48,364 bases of DNA from a virus (taxonomy: Duplodnaviria > Caudoviricetes): IMG/VR virus record IMGVR_UViG_3300037873_000023, positions 1 to 48,364 of that record; one strand, given 5' to 3'. Shown in pieces: positions 43,415-48,364 of this stretch; position 1 is the first letter of the stretch; every line of letters begins with the position of its first letter. The translations under genes were made by a program, and so were the position numbers. The notes beneath the pieces were generated by a model. It was not told the origin of the DNA. It saw only the letters and a program-made list of their open reading frames with translations, and did not search any database.

Positions 43415-44254
43415 CTAGTGCGACGGGACCTTCCGTCGCGTGTCGACTCCCTGCAGTTGCTGCAGGCGAAGGCGGCGTGCTGCCGCCGTCCCGTCGACGT
43501 GGCGGTCCGACCCGATGTCGGATGCCGGCGCTTCCGGCTTGGACCCTGGCTGGGCAGCGGCCCCCGTGGGGGTGCTGAGCCCGTGCAGGGCCCGGAACGC
43601 TGCGAACGAGCGGACAAGCTCGTCGTAGCGGTCCTGATCACGCTTCTGTATCTGCTCGGCCCACCAGTCGGTGCCCGAGCGGAGCCCGGCGGTCGCGTCC
43701 GGGTTCGCCGGCCACGTCACCGGGCCGGCCTCGAACAACCGGACCTGGGTGATCGTGCGCTCCGGCAGACCGTCCGGGTTGTCATCAGACTTCTCCGGCT
43801 CCCGGTCCCACTTCTCGGCTAACACCTCGAACATGAAGCTCGAGCCGTAGGCACCGGCGCGCAACCCTTCGACGATCAGCTCCGGGGTACCGCGGAACAG
43901 CGGCCCCTCCAGGTGCGCGAAATCCTCACGCTCCTCCAGGACCTCGGGGACGCTGAGCATCTTCTGGTCGAGGAACATGTCGAAGCCGTGGTTGAACAGG
44001 ACCTTGACGTTGGACCCGTTCTCCTTCATCGTCTTCTTGAATGACCCGCGCTTGACCTGCTCCATGAACCGGCCCTCCCAGAACGAGTCGATCTCGTACC
44101 AGGTGTCGAACCGGGAGAAGTCGACGACCAGCGTGCCGACACGCCCATCAGCCGGGGTTGCGGCATCCGGTTCGTCGGCTCGGACCGGCCGGGTGTTCAG
44201 TTGTGATGCCGGGCCACCACCACGGATCACATACAGGCCTCGCATCGCGCGCAC
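43415..44254 (-). CDS. HK97-type prohead protease
   Basis: VLFNHG, SSFMFEV, LFEAGPVTWPANP; GAGGAGG RBS before GTG 44254. Confidence 0.9.
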   Translation of the reverse strand: MRAMRGLYVIRGGGPASQLNTRPVRADEPDAATPADGRVGTLVVDFSRFDTWYEIDSFWEGRFMEQVKRGSFKKTMKENGSNVKVLFNHGFDMFLDQKMLSVPEVLEEREDFAHLEGPLFRGTPELIVEGLRAGAYGSSFMFEVLAEKWDREPEKSDDNPDGLPERTITQVRLFEAGPVTWPANPDATAGLRSGTDWWAEQIQKRDQDRYDELVRSFAAFRALHGLSTPTGAAAQPGSKPEAPASDIGSDRHVDGTAAARRLRLQQLQGVDTRRKVPSH

Positions 44255-44357
44255 TTGTCCTCCTCGTATGCTGGACGTGAGTGGTTGCCGCGAAGTGGTA
44301 TCGGCGGGACCATCCACAGCGGTGAACGGTGGGGGGTCGACGGACCCACTTCCGACC

Positions 44358-44430
44358 CGCTGGCGGGCTGAGCAGTGGCTGGTACCAGTCGTTGCGACAG
44401 TGCCGCGGGGTTCGACTCCCCGTCCGGCGA
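44358..44430 (+). ncRNA. tRNA-like element (non-canonical)
   Basis: 73 nt; T-arm CGGGG-TTCGACT-CCCCG at canonical positions 49-65; acceptor stem 6/7 paired; D and anticodon arms non-canonical. Confidence 0.45.
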
Positions 44431-45657
44431 TCACTCGTCGTCGTCTTCCTCAGGTTCGCCCGGCGGCTCGCCCTCGCTCGGCGGCGGGGCGGCACCCGGT
44501 GTCGGGTTCGGCTCGTCGCCCCAGTCGACCGGCGGCAACTCTTCCTTGTCCCGGACCTCGTTGACGACCTTGAACCGCTTGTCCAGGGCGATCGCATACG
44601 CCTGGTAACGGCGCAGCGTGTCCGTCTCCAACAGCGCATCCCGGTTCAACCGCACGTACTGCGGCCGTGGGAGGAACATGCTCAACAGCCGCTCCAGCCG
44701 GCGCAGCCACTTGTTCAGCGCGTACTTCAGCACGTGCAGGTCACGGTCGATCAAGTTGCTGTAGGTGAGCGAGCTGCCCTTGGTGCCGTAGCCGAGGATC
44801 TCTGCGATCCCCGGGCCGAAGATGCGGGCCGACTCTGCGGCGGTGAAACCCTGCGTCTCCAGGAACTGCGACTCGTCCGGGTTGAGTTGGATCTGCTGCC
44901 ACTCCCAGCCCTTACCCAGCACCAGCGGCTCGCGGCTGCCGCGCAGTGCCGCCATGAACCGGTCCTTGGCCGTCTCCGCCACACCCGGCTTCGACAAGTC
45001 GACCTCAGTGTTGCGGAGCACCCCGCCCGGGTGGGCGCCGTCCTGGAACCACTGCAGACCAAACCGTGTGGTCGTCAAGTTGAGGCCGATCGTCCACGCG
45101 TGATACGCCACCGGCGACAGGCCGAGCAGGCAACCCGGAACCGGGTTGACCCGGCGGTGCAGCATCCGGTTGACCGGAACCTCCCGGCCCTGGTGCAGCC
45201 ACTTCACCTCACCGTCCTCGATCAGCGGGTGCACCCGATCCGGGTGGAAGATGTCCACCTGCTTGAGCATCTGCGCCGGGCCACGCTCCAGGACATCCCC
45301 GTACAAATTGCCCCGCAGCAGCCAGGACACGAGCACCCGGTAGGACCAGTCCTCCAGCCCCTGGTCGGACCCGTCCGGGTCCTCCAGGTGGCCGGGCATC
45401 GACAGCTCCTGCCGGGTCGACCCTTTGCCGCGGAACACGTCCACGGGAAGCTCGGAGCCGATCGACGCGATCAAGTCCACCGCGGAGCGAACCGCCACCG
45501 ACTGGAGCGACGATTCGGCGGTCGAAAGGTCAACCTCGTTGAACTGCTGCCGGGTCAGGGAGAGCAGGGCCGTTGAGAGTGCACTCACCGGCCAGCCGGC
45601 GCGTTGCTCCGGCTGCTCGGCCGGCCGCTGCTGCTTGGTGCGGAAGAACACGCTCAT
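44431..45657 (-). CDS. portal protein (HK97 family)
   Basis: LLRGNLY, GLSPV, F..GAHPGGVL, ESQFLET, NEVR..EELPP. Confidence 0.92.
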   Translation of the reverse strand: MSVFFRTKQQRPAEQPEQRAGWPVSALSTALLSLTRQQFNEVDLSTAESSLQSVAVRSAVDLIASIGSELPVDVFRGKGSTRQELSMPGHLEDPDGSDQGLEDWSYRVLVSWLLRGNLYGDVLERGPAQMLKQVDIFHPDRVHPLIEDGEVKWLHQGREVPVNRMLHRRVNPVPGCLLGLSPVAYHAWTIGLNLTTTRFGLQWFQDGAHPGGVLRNTEVDLSKPGVAETAKDRFMAALRGSREPLVLGKGWEWQQIQLNPDESQFLETQGFTAAESARIFGPGIAEILGYGTKGSSLTYSNLIDRDLHVLKYALNKWLRRLERLLSMFLPRPQYVRLNRDALLETDTLRRYQAYAIALDKRFKVVNEVRDKEELPPVDWGDEPNPTPGAAPPPSEGEPPGEPEEDDDE

Positions 45658-46208
45658 CAGAACAACCGCCCAACGGCAGCCGGGTCAGCCTCGGCCAGTT
45701 GACGCGCACGATCCCACGCTGCCCACATTTGCCGGTCAGCTTCGAACTCGTCGGGCGACAGCACGCCCTTCTTGCGGTTGCAGGTCTGGCAGCACCACTT
45801 GGTGTTGGTCCGGTAGTACGGCGGTCGGCCGCGGTCGATCACGTCAAGGGTGATGTCGGCCAGGCCGTGGCCCATGTCGGCGAAGCATCCGCCGCAGTAG
45901 TTGCAACCGTTCTTGTAGGCGTGCTCGGCCTCATACGCCATCCGGTCCGGCGCCCAGCCGTACCGGGTGATGAGGTCGGCCTTGTCCACGCCGAGACGCA
46001 CAGCGTGACGCCGGATGGTGTCCCGTGCCTTGACCGCCCAGCGGTTCCCACGCTTGCGCTCGTCGCGGCCGGTCTGCTCACACGGACGGCAAATCTGCTT
46101 ACGACCGCCGCCGCGACCAGTTCGGCAGGATGCATCCTGCCGAAACGCATACTCGACCAGGTGGCCCGGGTAGTCCGTGCCGCAGCGATTGCATCGCCTG
46201 CCACTCAC
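45657..46208 (-). CDS. His-Me-finger (HNH-like) protein
   Basis: CNYCG...TLDVID...N..WCCQTCNRKK; GTGA and TGATG overlaps. Confidence 0.7.
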   Translation of the reverse strand: MSGRRCNRCGTDYPGHLVEYAFRQDASCRTGRGGGRKQICRPCEQTGRDERKRGNRWAVKARDTIRRHAVRLGVDKADLITRYGWAPDRMAYEAEHAYKNGCNYCGGCFADMGHGLADITLDVIDRGRPPYYRTNTKWCCQTCNRKKGVLSPDEFEADRQMWAAWDRARQLAEADPAAVGRLF

Positions 46209-46456
46209 GACGCCGCCCGACGGTCCAGCGCCAACATGAACATGCCGGCGACCACGAACCCCAGCGGAGCCCAAGCCAGCCACGCCCCATAGCAGATCGC
46301 GCCAGCACCAGCCAACCCCGGCAACTGCACACCGACCCGCAACGACAGCCGAAGCACATGCCCGGCGGCCGCGGCCACCGCCGGCAGCAGCCGGCGTCGG
46401 GCACGAGTTACCCGGCGGGCCCGGGGGATGCCATGCACAAACGTGGACATCGGCAC
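46205..46456 (-). CDS. small membrane protein between terL and portal
   Basis: Two hydrophobic segments; common position in actinophages. Confidence 0.65.
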   Translation of the reverse strand: MPMSTFVHGIPRARRVTRARRRLLPAVAAAAGHVLRLSLRVGVQLPGLAGAGAICYGAWLAWAPLGFVVAGMFMLALDRRAAS

Positions 46457-46459
46457 CCC

Positions 46460-47971
46460 CTAGTAGATGTTGGCCAGCGGGTCGTAGTCGGCCTGCACCA
46501 GATGCGCCCACGCCTCGAACAACCACAACGCCAACGTCACCGCACGCAACGGCGCCGTCTCCGTCTTCCGGTCATCCCACGTCGCACCACCCGCAGCCGG
46601 CCGAGTAGACGCCTCCGCCAAAGCCGAGTTCACCGGCGCATCATCCAGATGCCGCAACGTCGGCACCTCAGCCCGGGCCGCGTCAACGAACAGGCCATAG
46701 GCGGCCGCATCCTGCGCCGCGCTCGGAACCGCCAGATCCCCACGCTGCGGATCGTCCGCATCCTCCGGCCCAACAATCCCGACCTTCTCCAGGTCGAGTA
46801 GCAGACTCTCAGACTTGCTGGACACGACGAACCCGACCGGGTTCCACTTCGCCTTCAGCTCCAGCAGCCGGTCCACCGCCCACGCGGTGCCCGGCCGCCA
46901 GTCCGACAGGCCAACCTGCAGCAGGCCATCGCCACGGCGCCCAGCCCAGCCGATCGCGCTGCGGGTCCGGTCCCGGCTCACCACCAAGGCGAACGTCACA
47001 TCAGCCGGACGGTCCGCCTTCGGGTCCGCCAACGACTGCCACAGATCGGCGGGGATCACACCCGACCCCCTCTTCACCCGTCGCGGCCATATGCACAACA
47101 CCTCGCGGGCGAACCCCTCGGTCGACATGGACAACCGCAGTTGCCGGATCGTCTGCTCGGTGATCCGACCACCCACCGCCGGGTTCGTGGTCCGCCAGTT
47201 ACGCCGGTCGTCCACGTCAACATCGTCCAAGAACTCCAGTTCACCGGGCAGCCCCCAGTCTCGCCAGCCCAGCGCCTCGTCCCCGCCGGCCGCCGCGCGT
47301 TCCCGCAGCGCATACAGCGGCTCACCGCTCAACCCGTCCAGCGGCGGTGTCGACGTGTAGATCAGTTGAGGGTTCGGCCGAGCGATCACCGTCGGCATCA
47401 ACGCTTCCTGCTGATCCCGGGTGTACGCGAACGCCTCGTCAATGATGTTGCAGTCGCCAGTGAACCCACGGCCCGAGCCCTTGGACCGAGCCAGGAACTT
47501 GATCCGCTGATCTGTGTCCAACCGTTCGAACGACTCCTCGCCGTTCGTGTTGTTCACCTTCACTGGCACGCCGTCAACGTCGATCAGGTTCGGTGTGATC
47601 GGAGTGCCCAGGTGGCGGATGTGCGCCCGAACCCGGCGGAACGCCTCCAGCGCCGTCTTGTACTCGTGCGCCGACCACATGATCAACGGCTCGCCGAGCA
47701 GGAACAGGCCGGTCAGCGCCCGCGCCTCCAGGATGCCGCCCTTACCCGCCTGGCGGGAGACGATCTCGCCGTACTCGAAACAGGCGAACTTGCCGTCGTC
47801 GCGGAATGCAACCAGCAACTCGATCGCGTCGGACTGCCAATCATCCAAGGGCTGACCGGCCCGGACCATCAACTCGCAGGCTTCATCCCTGAAGGTGTAC
47901 GCGTAGGACGGATGGACATCAACTCGCGGCCTGCGCACGGCGCTGAGCGATCTTGGCGGTAAGGTCTGCAA
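46460..47971 (-). CDS. terL: terminase large subunit
   Basis: Walker A RQAGK, Walker B IIDEA, YTST coupling motif, NPAVG; start uncertain (TTG). Confidence 0.92.
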   Translation of the reverse strand: MQTLPPRSLSAVRRPRVDVHPSYAYTFRDEACELMVRAGQPLDDWQSDAIELLVAFRDDGKFACFEYGEIVSRQAGKGGILEARALTGLFLLGEPLIMWSAHEYKTALEAFRRVRAHIRHLGTPITPNLIDVDGVPVKVNNTNGEESFERLDTDQRIKFLARSKGSGRGFTGDCNIIDEAFAYTRDQQEALMPTVIARPNPQLIYTSTPPLDGLSGEPLYALRERAAAGGDEALGWRDWGLPGELEFLDDVDVDDRRNWRTTNPAVGGRITEQTIRQLRLSMSTEGFAREVLCIWPRRVKRGSGVIPADLWQSLADPKADRPADVTFALVVSRDRTRSAIGWAGRRGDGLLQVGLSDWRPGTAWAVDRLLELKAKWNPVGFVVSSKSESLLLDLEKVGIVGPEDADDPQRGDLAVPSAAQDAAAYGLFVDAARAEVPTLRHLDDAPVNSALAEASTRPAAGGATWDDRKTETAPLRAVTLALWLFEAWAHLVQADYDPLANIY

Positions 47972-48317
47972 CTCCCGCCCTCGCCTTCGTCCCGCCAGTG
48001 CCTGCGCCGCGACCCGACTTCCGGCCCTGCCGGAGCTCGGCCAGGATCTGCTTGTAGGCCACCGCGTGCTGCCTGGCCTCGGAGATCACCGAGTTGAGTA
48101 CCACCGTCACCGGACCATCATCAGCAAGGTCCATTGACATCCACACGTGCGTGTCGCCACGCAGGATCTCGTCGAACCGGTCCATGCGGTCAGCCAGCCG
48201 ACAAGCCTCCTCCAGTAGCACCAACTCCGCGGGTCCCCAGGAAGACCCGGTGGCCATCTCCCGCCACAACCGGCCGCCGCGGTGGCCTAAACCGACAGGT
48301 TTCGATGCCACGACCAA
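47919..48317 (-). CDS. terS: terminase small subunit
   Basis: GRLWRE...LLEEACRLADRMD...EARQ; directly upstream of terL. Confidence 0.8.
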   Translation of the reverse strand: MVVASKPVGLGHRGGRLWREMATGSSWGPAELVLLEEACRLADRMDRFDEILRGDTHVWMSMDLADDGPVTVVLNSVISEARQHAVAYKQILAELRQGRKSGRGAGTGGTKARAGVADLTAKIAQRRAQAAS

Positions 48318-48357
48318 GGCCTCCAGAAAGTGCGGGGGGAGAGACGGAAGGAGGCGG

Positions 48358-48364
48358 GTGGTCC
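48358..48364. repeat. 7-bp terminal direct repeat GTGGTCC (right copy)
   Basis: Identical to 1-7. Confidence 0.6.

Noticed and set aside
44358-44430. Canonical tRNA-Asn(GTT)
   Set aside because: GTT falls at positions 34-36, but positions 27-31 and 39-43 do not pair and U8 and U33 are missing; kept only as tRNA-like
46460-47971. Intein or intron in terL, portal or capsid
   Set aside because: Lengths are normal and no intein terminal motifs or frame breaks were seen

Overview
The window looks like an essentially complete ~48.4 kb genome of a temperate, high-GC actinobacteriophage (siphovirus, HK97-type head), shown in reverse orientation. The first and last 7 nt are identical (GTGGTCC), and the junction lies between a terminal HNH gene and terS, where cos normally sits. 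The structural arm reads on the minus strand from 48.3 to 22.6 kb: terS, terL, portal, prohead protease, major capsid, an Lsr2-domain protein and a five-gene glycosyl-/methyl-/nucleotidyl-transferase cassette. It continues with a neck-fibre-like module carrying Thr-rich repeats, the head-tail genes, two paralogous tail-tube genes, frameshifting chaperones, tape measure, tail tip and lysis genes. Three free-standing His-Me-finger nuclease genes interrupt this arm. The centre holds an accessory island (17.5-22.5 kb) and the repressor/Cro/tyrosine-integrase switch (16-17.6 kb). The early arm (minus strand, 16.2 to 0.06 kb) encodes WhiB, RecE/RecT, RusA, a DNA methyltransferase with a putative nuclease, a replication initiator and many small ORFs. 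The most notable observations are: (i) a putative virion-glycosylation cassette next to a candidate Thr-rich substrate; (ii) an antisense 73-nt tRNA-like element between portal and protease; (iii) operator-like palindromes inside HTH genes; (iv) rare-codon patches in structural genes beside free-standing endonucleases; (v) an antisense matrixin fragment and a secreted mini-protein; (vi) recurrent pseudoknot-like leaders. All calls come from motifs and synteny read by eye; no database searches were run. Many start codons were re-picked from the ORF track using RBS or ATGA/GTGA overlaps.
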